Source of the DNA: a virus
Strand: one strand, 5' to 3'
IMG/VR virus record: IMGVR_UViG_3300042691_041392
Length of the DNA: 64,000 nt
Below the pieces are notes generated by a model, which worked only from the letters and a program-made list of their open reading frames with translations, had not been told where the DNA came from and searched no databases. Position numbers and translations under genes: made by a program. Below, in pieces: positions 41,733 to 51,189 of the stretch (position 1 is its first letter; every line of letters begins with the position of its first letter).

Positions 41733-42157
41733 TGGGAAATAAATTAACATACACATCTAGTAGTTTTATGGAATGTACAGTAGCGACAGCTTCTAGAACA
41801 GGAGGTACTATTTATGATATTTTGGGAGCAACTTCTTCAAATAGAAGAGTATATGGGATAAGTGTTGTCAATGCTGATAATGCAGCTAACCCGGTAAAAG
41901 TCTATTTAAACGATGGGATTAATAGATACCAAGTTAGTAATGTCAACTTAGCTGCCAACTCTGGTAATAGTACATCTGTTGGATTAACTAATGTCTTTAT
42001 TAGTACAATGGGTGAATCTGTTTTTTGTAAAACAAGAGATGCTAATGGTATACCATATTTTAATTTACCTGCAAATTGGAAGATACAATTGTCATTGACA
42101 AATACACCAGGTGCTGGTGAGTACGTACATACTTTTGTTTATGGAGAAAATTATTAA
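41732..42157 (+). CDS. Virion-associated beta-domain protein, paralog 2
   Basis: Same domain as 41298-41732. Confidence 0.7.
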   Translation: MGNKLTYTSSSFMECTVATASRTGGTIYDILGATSSNRRVYGISVVNADNAANPVKVYLNDGINRYQVSNVNLAANSGNSTSVGLTNVFISTMGESVFCKTRDANGIPYFNLPANWKIQLSLTNTPGAGEYVHTFVYGENY

Positions 42158-42162
42158 TTACT

Positions 42163-43017
42163 ATGGCTGATTCATTATTATTATCAAATTCAATGTACTT
42201 AGAATGTATATCATTAACAGCGTCAAGTTCATCTGGTACTGCCTATGCAATAATAACAGCTACTTCAAGTTATGATAGAAGAATTTATGGAATTAGTATA
42301 GCAAATACATCAGCGGTTAACCACTTAACTTGTACACTTTGGTTAAGTGATGGAACCACAAATTATCAAATGGGTAAATTAGATGTTCCGGCTAACTCAG
42401 GTAACACATCAACAATCTCAGCAGTTGATTTATTTACTAAATCGGTTTTTGGTGGTTTATTAACAAATTCTATGGCTGATAATATGGGGGTTTGGTATTT
42501 TAATTTACCAAAAACTTGGAGTATGAAGTTTACTTATACGAATACTTTATCAACTGGTAATGAGATGACATTTACATCATTTGGAGAAATATATGATAGT
42601 TATAATATAAGACATACATCAAGTGGATTTGAACAGTCCGCAACATTTTCAAGTGCAACTGGTACAAATACAATTGACTTGTTGAGTTCATCAATATATG
42701 ATAGAAGAATTTATGGACTTAGTTCTACTAGTACAGATGGTACCGCAAGAACAATGACTATTAAATTAAGTAATGGTGTAAATAGTTACTTGTTATATAC
42801 CGAATCTATATTAGCAAACTCTGGTAATGCGACTACCATAGCATCAGGTGATATATTTTATGATGCTTTGATACAGGGTTTATTTACAAGAACTGCTGAC
42901 TCGGAGGGTGCTTGTTATTATTTTAATTTACCGGCTGGTTGGAGTATAACTGGTAAATTATCAGGTTCAACTACTGGTGTTATAACAATAAAAACGATTG
43001 GAGAAGTTTATGGGTAG
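42163..43017 (+). CDS. Virion-associated protein with two tandem copies of the same domain
   Basis: Two 'YDRRIYG...ANSGN...YFNLP..W' units. Confidence 0.7.
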   Translation: MADSLLLSNSMYLECISLTASSSSGTAYAIITATSSYDRRIYGISIANTSAVNHLTCTLWLSDGTTNYQMGKLDVPANSGNTSTISAVDLFTKSVFGGLLTNSMADNMGVWYFNLPKTWSMKFTYTNTLSTGNEMTFTSFGEIYDSYNIRHTSSGFEQSATFSSATGTNTIDLLSSSIYDRRIYGLSSTSTDGTARTMTIKLSNGVNSYLLYTESILANSGNATTIASGDIFYDALIQGLFTRTADSEGACYYFNLPAGWSITGKLSGSTTGVITIKTIGEVYG

Positions 43018-43903
43018 AAATGGTAAAAATGATGGATTAAAACAAGGTAGACTACAAGGTGCTAAAACTGGTTTTGGTTTTTCTAGAATGGAAAGTGGTT
43101 TAAAGAAAGGTGTTGTAAGTGAATCTGGAATGCACAATAAAATACAAGATCCGACTTTACTTCAAGGTAGTAAAAAACCGAGTTCTTTTTGGTTGGCTGA
43201 TTACGCAACTGCCACCGGAGCAGGAGCTACAATAACCGCTTTATCAGAATTGATATCAGGAGCAACCGCCTTTACTATATTATCATCACCCGCATATCAA
43301 CCACCATATTCAGGTAACGGTGGAGTTTATAATAATAAAGCTTATATTGATTTTAACTCAGGAGCCGATTTAATATACACAAGTTTATCAACAATGGGCT
43401 CTGGTAAAAATGAATTAACTTTGATGATGGTTGTTAGATTAAGTACTACATCAACAACAACTTTATTTTATAGTGTTGACTCAACAATTTCAACAACAGT
43501 AGGAGATATAAGAGTTGAATCAATTGGTGGTAATAAAATAAGAGTAACATTTATAGGAAATCCAACTTCAACATCATCTGTTTATGAGACATATGATTCG
43601 ACATTAGAGGGTAATAACTGGCATTTATTAACAGTGAAGTTTAGGTTATATCAACCTGGTGGTCAAGGATCGGAAATGGAGCTATGGTTAAATGGTAATT
43701 TGAATATGGCGCCAGTTACTACAACCTTTGGTGGATCTACATCAACATTTGTTGGTAACTCATACAATATAGGTAATAACTCATCACAAACGGCTGGTGG
43801 TTCAAATATGGCGGCTTTTTTAACATTGGATTATTGGGTAAATTCATCTGAACAGATGAGATTAGAAAACTTTTTTAGATGGTATTATGGTAGGAGATTT
43901 TAG
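43010..43903 (+). CDS. LamG/concanavalin-like domain protein
   Basis: 'FWLAD', 'NNWHLLTV' and 'LWLNG'; follows the fibre cluster. Confidence 0.65.
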   Translation: MGRNGKNDGLKQGRLQGAKTGFGFSRMESGLKKGVVSESGMHNKIQDPTLLQGSKKPSSFWLADYATATGAGATITALSELISGATAFTILSSPAYQPPYSGNGGVYNNKAYIDFNSGADLIYTSLSTMGSGKNELTLMMVVRLSTTSTTTLFYSVDSTISTTVGDIRVESIGGNKIRVTFIGNPTSTSSVYETYDSTLEGNNWHLLTVKFRLYQPGGQGSEMELWLNGNLNMAPVTTTFGGSTSTFVGNSYNIGNNSSQTAGGSNMAAFLTLDYWVNSSEQMRLENFFRWYYGRRF

Positions 43904-44102
43904 TGTTAATAGACCGAGTTTTGATCCAGAAACTCAAAAATTAGTTCTTAAGCAAGAATATATTGGAATTGGTGAAGTTCGTAGATTTTCAGGAACAATT
44001 CTTATAATATTTGATACGAACGTAGCAACTGAAGATATGTATCCGTATTATTTCTATAATGGTTTAGATTCAATATTTGATGTTGTTCCAATTAATCAAT
44101 AA
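43887..44102 (+). CDS. Small hypothetical protein
   Basis: 71 aa, overlaps the upstream stop. Confidence 0.55.
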   Translation: MVGDFSVNRPSFDPETQKLVLKQEYIGIGEVRRFSGTILIIFDTNVATEDMYPYYFYNGLDSIFDVVPINQ

Positions 44103-44130
44103 ATAAGTTTTTATTTTTAATATATAATTT

Positions 44131-44901
44131 ATGAAGAAATATTTTGAATTTGTTCAAAGTGATTTTGAACCCATTAAATCTTTTTACATCAAAGATGAGT
44201 TAAATCCTAAAGTTTGGAGTGATAATAAAATTGATCCAGAAATCAGAGAAAACTTGTTGAAAATAGCTGAAGATTTTTATAATAGTACAGATTTAAATGT
44301 TGATGTTAAAGATATAATACTAACTGGTTCTTTAGCTAATTACAATTGGTCTGAAAAATATTCAGATTATGATTTACACATATTAATCGACTTCGATGAT
44401 GTTGATGATAATGTTGAATTAGTTAAAAAGTATGTTGATTCAGCAAAAAAGAATTGGAATGACGAACATGATATAAAAATAAAGGGATATGAAGTTGAGG
44501 TTTATATACAAGATATTGATGAACCACACAAATCAACAGGTGTATTCTCATTATTGAAAGATAAGTGGAATGTTAGACCGGAGAAAGTAAAATTTGAACC
44601 AGATGAGGAGTATCTAAGAGAAAAGTCTAAATCTATTATGATGATGGTTGATGATTTAGAATCTCAAATCAATGAAGATAAGTATGATAAATTCAATGAG
44701 AAGCTAACAAAGGTTTGGAATAAAGTTAAGAACCTAAGAAAAAGTGGATTAGAAGAAAGTGGTGAATTATCTTTAGGTAATTTATTGTTCAAATTGTTAA
44801 GAAGGAATGGATATATCGGAAAGATTATTGATATGAAGATCAAATCATATGATAAACAATTCGAGTCTATTAAAAATAATTATGGTGATGATGAATATTA
44901 A
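44131..44901 (+). CDS. Pol-beta-superfamily nucleotidyltransferase
   Basis: 'LTGSLANYNWS..SDYDLH' and a third acidic residue in 'VEVY'. Confidence 0.85.
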   Translation: MKKYFEFVQSDFEPIKSFYIKDELNPKVWSDNKIDPEIRENLLKIAEDFYNSTDLNVDVKDIILTGSLANYNWSEKYSDYDLHILIDFDDVDDNVELVKKYVDSAKKNWNDEHDIKIKGYEVEVYIQDIDEPHKSTGVFSLLKDKWNVRPEKVKFEPDEEYLREKSKSIMMMVDDLESQINEDKYDKFNEKLTKVWNKVKNLRKSGLEESGELSLGNLLFKLLRRNGYIGKIIDMKIKSYDKQFESIKNNYGDDEY

Positions 44902-45589
44902 GATATCTGAAATAGAAAATATGTTTAAAGAAATCTTCAGTGAAGAAGATGGTAAAGTTTCATCAGTTGAAACAGTTTATGAAACTCCAGATGATGGAGA
45001 TTTTCTTAAATTGATTATTTCTTTACATGGATTAAATACCGAAAACTCCACTATAATACACACTAAATTTATATTTAAAGTTGATGCTGGTAAAAGACAT
45101 TTAATTGATAATTCATTTATTTATCTTTATGATATAAACTGTATTTATCACAAAATTGATTTTGATAATGTTATAGATCTTCAAGAAAAAATAGAAGATG
45201 TTGTTGACTCAAATGACTTTGGTGAAGATATTCAGATTTTATCTGACTTTATTGAAGCACCTGCAATGTTCTTAAACTATTACATGAAAAGAGCAAAGAT
45301 AACAGATTATTCTATTTTTGATGTTGAATATAGTCCTAAGTTTAAAACAACTCCTTGTGATCAAACAAAATTTGATTTTAAAGTGAATATAAATAATAAC
45401 TACTTTATTGAAATGTCTATTTGGAAAATTGAGGCTAATGATAAAGAAGATGTTGATAAGTATAAAATGCAGTTTCGTTTTATGGATGAAATTAAAACTG
45501 TTGAAACTGATACCTTAAATAATATACACTATTTCATAGGTTCTAATATAGCTAAATTATTAGACAGAAAACTAAAAAATAAAGATTAA
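44891..45589 (+). CDS. Hypothetical protein
   Basis: ORF 44849-45589; start uncertain. Confidence 0.65.
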   Translation: MNIKISEIENMFKEIFSEEDGKVSSVETVYETPDDGDFLKLIISLHGLNTENSTIIHTKFIFKVDAGKRHLIDNSFIYLYDINCIYHKIDFDNVIDLQEKIEDVVDSNDFGEDIQILSDFIEAPAMFLNYYMKRAKITDYSIFDVEYSPKFKTTPCDQTKFDFKVNINNNYFIEMSIWKIEANDKEDVDKYKMQFRFMDEIKTVETDTLNNIHYFIGSNIAKLLDRKLKNKD

Positions 45590-45591
45590 TA

Positions 45592-45966
45592 ATGACTTAT
45601 AAAGATAATCAACCAGTATTTAACGTAAATAGAAAAGTTGCTAATTTTAAAGACTTTGCTCAAGATAAAGAAAAATTAGCTAAAGCTGATTTACAAAGAA
45701 AACCTAATTCAGAAGACCAACAACATATTGGTAATAAAAGAACTGAATATAATACAGTTACTCATAAATTAACTGATTATTCAGATGATGAAATTAAAGA
45801 TAGATTGGATTCAATGGATAATTTAGAAGAGTCATTATCTAGTGAATATAAAGATTTGGTTAAAAAGATTAAAAAACTTAAATGTATGGGAACTATCGCA
45901 GAGGGTGTTGGTTATGAATACGCAAAAAAAGATATAATAGAATTAATAAGAAAAGATTTTAAATAA
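45592..45966 (+). CDS. Hypothetical protein
   Basis: 124 aa with 'RKVANFKDF' near the N-terminus. Confidence 0.65.
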   Translation: MTYKDNQPVFNVNRKVANFKDFAQDKEKLAKADLQRKPNSEDQQHIGNKRTEYNTVTHKLTDYSDDEIKDRLDSMDNLEESLSSEYKDLVKKIKKLKCMGTIAEGVGYEYAKKDIIELIRKDFK

Positions 45967-45969
45967 TCT

Positions 45970-46377
45970 ATGAAATATATTAAATTATTTGAAAGTTTTG
46001 GAAGTAGAGACTTTAAATCTGATATAGATCATATTAAAATGATCATGTCTGATATTGAAGATGATGGTATTGACTTTAGAGTTATACCAAATGAAAGAGC
46101 TTTTGATGATGAAAAAGATTATATCTATATAAAAATATACAATATACCATTTTATTTACCTAATAAATTAGATTATTTTGATAGAAAATATAAACAATTA
46201 ATTGGTGAAATAGGTGATTTATATCATCTTGATAAAATAAGAGCCAAATCTTCTCTTGGATTAATAAGATCATTTAATTCTCATGACGAATATTATAAAT
46301 GGTGTAGAGGTAAAAAACAGAGTATATCAGAATTAGACTTTGAATTCTCAAGTCATGATGGAAAAGAAGTTTTTTAA
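45970..46377 (+). CDS. Hypothetical protein with MKYIKLFESF N-terminus
   Basis: Shares 'IKMIMSDIEDDG' with the 16897 and 17325 family. Confidence 0.7.
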   Translation: MKYIKLFESFGSRDFKSDIDHIKMIMSDIEDDGIDFRVIPNERAFDDEKDYIYIKIYNIPFYLPNKLDYFDRKYKQLIGEIGDLYHLDKIRAKSSLGLIRSFNSHDEYYKWCRGKKQSISELDFEFSSHDGKEVF

Positions 46378-46392
46378 AATAATATATACTAA

Positions 46393-46860
46393 ATGAAATA
46401 TTTAAAGTTATTTGAAGCATTTGAGTCTAATATAATGTCTAAGACTCTAAAGTATTTATCAAAAGATGGTAAGGAAAGATTTTTTCAACTAATGAAAGCA
46501 TTTAGTGAAAAATATGATTATCCTTTCTCAAAATTAAATGATGATTTTTTCGAGTATTTACCGTACGCATCAGCACTTAAAAAGTATATAAGTTCTGTAG
46601 CAAAAACAGTAGATTGTAAAGCTAAATCAGAAGAATTATTAGATAGTGACGTTGCTGTACCAGGTGACGTTTGTACTGGTGGTAAAATAAAAAGAAAATG
46701 GGGTGAAGGATCAAGAAGTGTTGAATGTACAAAATGTAATGGTACGGGAAAAATTACTGTTGATGAAGCTCCAGAATTACCAGATGGTTATGAACTAACT
46801 AAAATATGGTTAGATGATGAAGGTAATATTGTTGATATTACTTACACAGTCTTTTACTGA
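46393..46860 (+). CDS. Hypothetical protein with MKYLKLFEAFES N-terminus and DnaJ-type CxxCxGxG
   Basis: 'CTGGKI...ECTKCNGTGKI'. Confidence 0.7.
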   Translation: MKYLKLFEAFESNIMSKTLKYLSKDGKERFFQLMKAFSEKYDYPFSKLNDDFFEYLPYASALKKYISSVAKTVDCKAKSEELLDSDVAVPGDVCTGGKIKRKWGEGSRSVECTKCNGTGKITVDEAPELPDGYELTKIWLDDEGNIVDITYTVFY

Positions 46861-46870
46861 AAATGAGACT

Positions 46871-47191
46871 ATGAATAAACAAATACAATCTTTTATTGAT
46901 AATGCTGAAATAAAATGGAATGATAAATTAGTATTGAAAAAAATGATTGAATTGAGTAATGAAGTTTATGAGAAAATTAAATCATTTGGTAAACTAAATG
47001 ACTTATCCGACGTTGAATTGGTCTTACAAAAAATTAAATCTATATTAAGTTTATTTAAGAATACAAGATGGGAGTTTTGTAGATTAGGTTACACTGATAT
47101 AGCTTCTTATAAAAAGAAATTAGATGACGCTCAAAAAGATAAAGTTCTACAAAGTTTAGAAGAATTAAAGAAAACATTAAATAGAATATAA
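46871..47191 (+). CDS. Hypothetical helical protein
   Basis: ORF 46814-47191; likely start MNKQIQ. Confidence 0.55.
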   Translation: MNKQIQSFIDNAEIKWNDKLVLKKMIELSNEVYEKIKSFGKLNDLSDVELVLQKIKSILSLFKNTRWEFCRLGYTDIASYKKKLDDAQKDKVLQSLEELKKTLNRI

Positions 47192-47194
47192 AAT

Positions 47195-47225
47195 AAAAAC
47201 CTCTTATTAAATAAGAGGTTTTTTT
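47195..47225. terminator. Bidirectional terminator
   Basis: aaaaacctcttatt-a-aataagaggtttttt. Confidence 0.75.
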
Positions 47226-47553
47226 ATAATAGTTTGTTTAATTTTAAGTCTCTATAAACACGTTTGGTTATATTACCAAGTGATATATCAGAAAATCCAA
47301 TTGGGTCTACCATATCGTCTAAAATCGTCTTATATTTGTTATACCACTCATAAAATATATCACAACTCATTATAATTATTTCAGCGAAAGATATATTTGT
47401 GATAAAATCATCATATTGACAAACTAAGACATTACAATCATGACCAAAACTACTATTAGTGTGATAAAAAGGATAATTTATTGTAACACACATATTCCAA
47501 TCTAATGTTACAATAAAACCCATTTTATGTATTCTATCTAACTCATCAATCAT
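47224..47553 (-). CDS. Hypothetical protein ending RDLKLNKLL
   Basis: 109 aa. Confidence 0.7.
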   Translation of the reverse strand: MIDELDRIHKMGFIVTLDWNMCVTINYPFYHTNSSFGHDCNVLVCQYDDFITNISFAEIIIMSCDIFYEWYNKYKTILDDMVDPIGFSDISLGNITKRVYRDLKLNKLL

Positions 47554-47767
47554 TTAAAATCTTTTTAATTTTAAAATCTCTTTTATCAGATTTTTCAAGA
47601 GGTTCTAAGTAGATTTCACCATCTGAAATCCTAACCTCCCATTTACCTCCAGTTTTATCATCTAATAAAACTAGTTTCTTAACTATTACATTTCCATCTG
47701 GATCAACTAAAATTGATGAATCTCCATTTGGAGTGTTTATTTCAAATCTATTTGGTTTAATTGCCAT
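47546..47767 (-). CDS. Small protein ending RDFKIKKILND
   Basis: 73 aa. Confidence 0.7.
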   Translation of the reverse strand: MAIKPNRFEINTPNGDSSILVDPDGNVIVKKLVLLDDKTGGKWEVRISDGEIYLEPLEKSDKRDFKIKKILND

Positions 47768-48461
47768 TTAAAAGTTTATCTATTTTTTCGTCTCTCATTT
47801 GAGATAATAGAATTAGTGATGATTTTTGAAACTCATCATCTATAACATAAACTACTTCATTATCACTTATTTCAAAATAAAAATCATAACTAATAATTAT
47901 TTTTGGTTGAAAAGTTGCTTCACTACGAACTTCATATTGAAAATTATTTATGTTAAATCGTATATCATTAAATAAATAAATCATTTCATCATCCCACCTA
48001 AGATATGGATCAACATAAACTTCAAAATCTAAATACTTACCAACTGGATAAATATAACCATTTGTATTCAATGTGTTTTTAGATAATTTGAAATTAAAAA
48101 AATGAAAAGATGATGAGTCTTGTAACTCAGCTGACAATCTAGCACAACTAACTAAATTTTTATACTTATATTTTGATAAATATAAGCTAGTTATGTTTAA
48201 TTTTTCATAATAACCAATATTTCTCAAATCGATAAAACCTTTATTATATTTCATCTCTTTGAATATATACTTAATTAAAGTTCTTAAAATCTCATATTTA
48301 ATCTGACTAATAAATTTATCTATATATTCATCAGTCATTGGAACTGAAACTGAAATACTCACACTATTTTTATTAGACGTTATTTTATCATCTAAAATTA
48401 AAAAGTCTTTGTTTTCAAAACTTAAAGATTTGATTATATTTTCTATTAAATCACTATACAT
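47757..48461 (-). CDS. Degenerate major-capsid-protein paralog ending RDEKIDKLL
   Basis: GYIYPVG...VYVDPYLRWDD matches gp23 GQLYPVG...IYVDPYMKYND; SEATFQPK matches SEATFAPR. Confidence 0.82.
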   Translation of the reverse strand: MYSDLIENIIKSLSFENKDFLILDDKITSNKNSVSISVSVPMTDEYIDKFISQIKYEILRTLIKYIFKEMKYNKGFIDLRNIGYYEKLNITSLYLSKYKYKNLVSCARLSAELQDSSSFHFFNFKLSKNTLNTNGYIYPVGKYLDFEVYVDPYLRWDDEMIYLFNDIRFNINNFQYEVRSEATFQPKIIISYDFYFEISDNEVVYVIDDEFQKSSLILLSQMRDEKIDKLLNGN

Positions 48462-48463
48462 AA

Positions 48464-49417
48464 TTAATTTATCTTTTCACCAGTTTCGGGATTATAATTA
48501 AGAATTAAAATCTCAACACCCTTTTCTTGTTCTTTTTTAGTATCAGAATTATTACCACCTTGTGCGGAACTTCTAAATACTTCTTTCTCAAACCACATAT
48601 ATTTATCTCTTGGTAACAATTCTTCTAATAAAGGGAAATAATAATATGATAAAGACCAACGAGACTTTGACTTTTTAATCAACTCTAATAATCTTCTATG
48701 AGAAGCTGGTCCAAATACACCATCACTATCAGCACCATACCAAAACAACCTTTTAGCATCATCATCACCTTTACCTTCATTAAATCTCGCATATGGTGGA
48801 TCTAAATAGATATAAGTATCATCTGAGTCATATTTTGTAATAAGATCTTCAAAATCAATGTTAGTAAACTCTTTAATAGATTGTAGTTTCTCTGTATATT
48901 TATTCTTCTTTAATTTATCAATAAGAACTTCTAACTTTAATTTATCTTTATCTTTTTTATAACCATTGAATCCAGCACCTCGTGGATAAACTGAATTGTG
49001 AGCTGATGTAATTAAGAATGCGTAAATAGCAGCTTTTTCAAAATCACCAATCTCAAAATTCATATTATCTAAGAATTCATTTTTTTGATATTCTTTATAA
49101 ATGCCTTTATAGAAGTCCCATTTCTTTAAAGCTTCTGTTTCGTTTGTTTTTAAGAGAGTATTTTTTAGATTTTCTAAATAAGGTAGAAACTCTTGAGGTT
49201 TTGAACAACAATAATATAAATTAACTTGATGTCTATTTTTATCATTGTAAATGACAGTATCAACTTTTAATGTATCATCATCTAAATAGGTTCCCATAGA
49301 TCCACTAAATGGTTCTAAATAAGTTTTTATACTACCATCTTTAGGTATTTTTTTATTTATAAATTCGTGGAAAACATTTGAACTCTTGCCACCGAAATAT
49401 GATATCATCGCACACAT
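48464..49417 (-). CDS. DNA adenine methyltransferase (Dam/D12 class)
   Basis: 'YFGGKS', 'YLEPFSG', 'YND' and 'YLDPPY'. Confidence 0.88.
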   Translation of the reverse strand: MCAMISYFGGKSSNVFHEFINKKIPKDGSIKTYLEPFSGSMGTYLDDDTLKVDTVIYNDKNRHQVNLYYCCSKPQEFLPYLENLKNTLLKTNETEALKKWDFYKGIYKEYQKNEFLDNMNFEIGDFEKAAIYAFLITSAHNSVYPRGAGFNGYKKDKDKLKLEVLIDKLKKNKYTEKLQSIKEFTNIDFEDLITKYDSDDTYIYLDPPYARFNEGKGDDDAKRLFWYGADSDGVFGPASHRRLLELIKKSKSRWSLSYYYFPLLEELLPRDKYMWFEKEVFRSSAQGGNNSDTKKEQEKGVEILILNYNPETGEKIN

Positions 49418-49527
49418 ATTACTTTTCTATTTTTTTAGTTATGATTTATAATCATTTTTATTAAAAAGTTTAAGGTAATCACTGGGATGATAAGTTTATT
49501 TATATATAAATAAAAATAATAAAATAT

Positions 49528-50169
49528 ATGATTATATACAAAATATCTAATATAATAAATGATAAGATCTATATAGGTCAGACAATAGAGACATTGGATA
49601 AGAGGTGGAGAAGACACACATGGAAGTCAACTATAAAAAGAAATGTAATGGCTATAACCAATGCGATTATAAAATATGGTGTGGAAAATTTCATGATAGA
49701 GGAAATTGATAGTGCTGAAAATATAGAGGAGTTAAATATGAAAGAGGAATATTACATAAAATATTATGATTGTATATCACCAAAGGGTTATAATATAAAA
49801 AATGGTGGTGATAATAAAAAATTATCAGAGGAGACTAAACTAAAAATTAGCATTTCGAATAAAGGTAAAAAAAGAACAAAGGAAACTATAAAAAAACTAT
49901 CAGATTCACACAAAGGATGGGTTCCATCAGAGGAAACAAAACAAAAATGGAGAGATGCGTTTGGTGGTAAAAAACCATCTGACAACACTATAAATGCAGC
50001 TATAGAAGCAAATCAGAAGGAATACACACTTTTAAATCCGGATGGTGAACTTATAACATTTATAAATATGGCAAAGTTTTGTAAGGAAAACAATTTATCA
50101 AATTCTAAATTGTGCTTAGTTGCTAGTGGTAAGATAAAATCGCATAAAGGTTGGACAAAACCTATTTAA
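49528..50169 (+). CDS. GIY-YIG homing endonuclease with NUMOD3 repeats
   Basis: 'IIYKI...IYIGQT', 'GYN' and 'SEETKLKIS'. Confidence 0.88.
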   Translation: MIIYKISNIINDKIYIGQTIETLDKRWRRHTWKSTIKRNVMAITNAIIKYGVENFMIEEIDSAENIEELNMKEEYYIKYYDCISPKGYNIKNGGDNKKLSEETKLKISISNKGKKRTKETIKKLSDSHKGWVPSEETKQKWRDAFGGKKPSDNTINAAIEANQKEYTLLNPDGELITFINMAKFCKENNLSNSKLCLVASGKIKSHKGWTKPI

Positions 50170-50668
50170 AAAATTGTTCTAAACCAGTTTTCTTTTCAAT
50201 TCCTCTTAGTTCATCACGAACTTTCATAAGTATTTTACCAAGATGATTTTTACCTTTATTTCCACACTTTTCACAATAACATGACCCATAAAAATTGTCG
50301 TGCCAATAATTACCTTCGATTAGCTGAAGATCTTCTGTGTTTAATAGAAGTTCTGATAAATTATCATTTTTGAATTTTTCTCTAACACCCCAATTCATGA
50401 ACTCTAATTTCTTTTCATCCCAATCACTACGAACTTTTAACTTTTGACCAAGTTTTTTAACGTGACCTGGACTTGGTGTTTTCGCAATCATTTCTTTAAA
50501 GTCAGCAGGTGTGTAATAAATACCATTTATCATTTGATCATTTTTACATTTTTGTGCTACATAGAAATGTTCTACACTTGGATATTTAATTCCTTGATGT
50601 TCTATTTCAACTGGATAGAAATTGGATAGAAAATTCCATCTACCATCAAATCTATTTATATAACTCAT
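50162..50668 (-). CDS. NADAR (YbiA-like) protein
   Basis: 'FLSNFY', 'SVEHFYVAQK', 'DW', 'KF', 'LIEGN.WHD.FYG' and 'NHLGKILMKVR'. Confidence 0.9.
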   Translation of the reverse strand: MSYINRFDGRWNFLSNFYPVEIEHQGIKYPSVEHFYVAQKCKNDQMINGIYYTPADFKEMIAKTPSPGHVKKLGQKLKVRSDWDEKKLEFMNWGVREKFKNDNLSELLLNTEDLQLIEGNYWHDNFYGSCYCEKCGNKGKNHLGKILMKVRDELRGIEKKTGLEQFFK

Positions 50669-50681
50669 AGTATTTTATATG

Positions 50682-50709
50682 AAAAAACCCCACAATGTTG
50701 TGGGGTTTT
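50682..50709 (-). terminator. Terminator after tmRNA
   Basis: aaaaccccaca-atgt-tgtggggtttt. Confidence 0.8.
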
Positions 50710-50715
50710 AATTTG

Positions 50716-51080
50716 TGGAGAAGACCCGGTACCGCCCCGGGTGTACTACTCAGATGACAACAATTAATCTTCACAGGTTTAGTAGAGTTTTTCTAAACTT
50801 ACAAAATAGTTAGTTGAACTGACCCATCACTCTAACAATTCTGGTTTCACATTTGGTCTGTGTGATACAGTTGGAGAATTTTTTCGATTAGTTTCTCTTA
50901 AACTAACTCTGGAGTGTTAACTCCAATTGCTTTTAGGGTCGCTACTAAATCTTCACGAGATCCTACTTCATTTGTGTTGCCATTTACGACAGTTATCGAT
51001 TAATTTATAAATCGGACATTCGACAACCCGATACCTGCATAATCACCACCAATCTGCTAGGCGAATCTAATGACTTCCCC
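50716..51080 (-). ncRNA. ssrA: tmRNA (365 nt); tag reading frame 50898-50981
   Basis: 5' GGGGAAG pairs with 3' CUUCUCC-A, including G3.U. T-arm CCCGG-GGCGGUA-CCGGG. Tag (A)GNTNEVGSREDLVATLKAIGVNTPELV* follows UAAAU. CCA is not fully encoded. Confidence 0.88.
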
Positions 51081-51100
51081 ATATTGTTTGTAATTATTTC

Positions 51101-51134
51101 TACAAATGTATATATAATATTTTAAATATACAAA
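51101..51134 (-). promoter_or_regulatory. Bacteroidota-type promoter for tmRNA (TTTG-N20-TACATTTG)
   Basis: Both elements are present, about 20 nt upstream of the tmRNA 5' end. Confidence 0.65.
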
Positions 51135-51189
51135 AAAGTTGAAAATTTTATTAAAAAAAATAACTCACCAAAGTGAGTTATTTAATATT

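Noticed and set aside
46814-46880. Programmed frameshift joining 46393 and 46814 ORFs
   Set aside because: No clear slippery site, and a plausible independent ATG exists at 46871.
50716-50760. tRNA gene
   Set aside because: The acceptor partner is 365 nt away and there is no anticodon arm, so this is a tmRNA.
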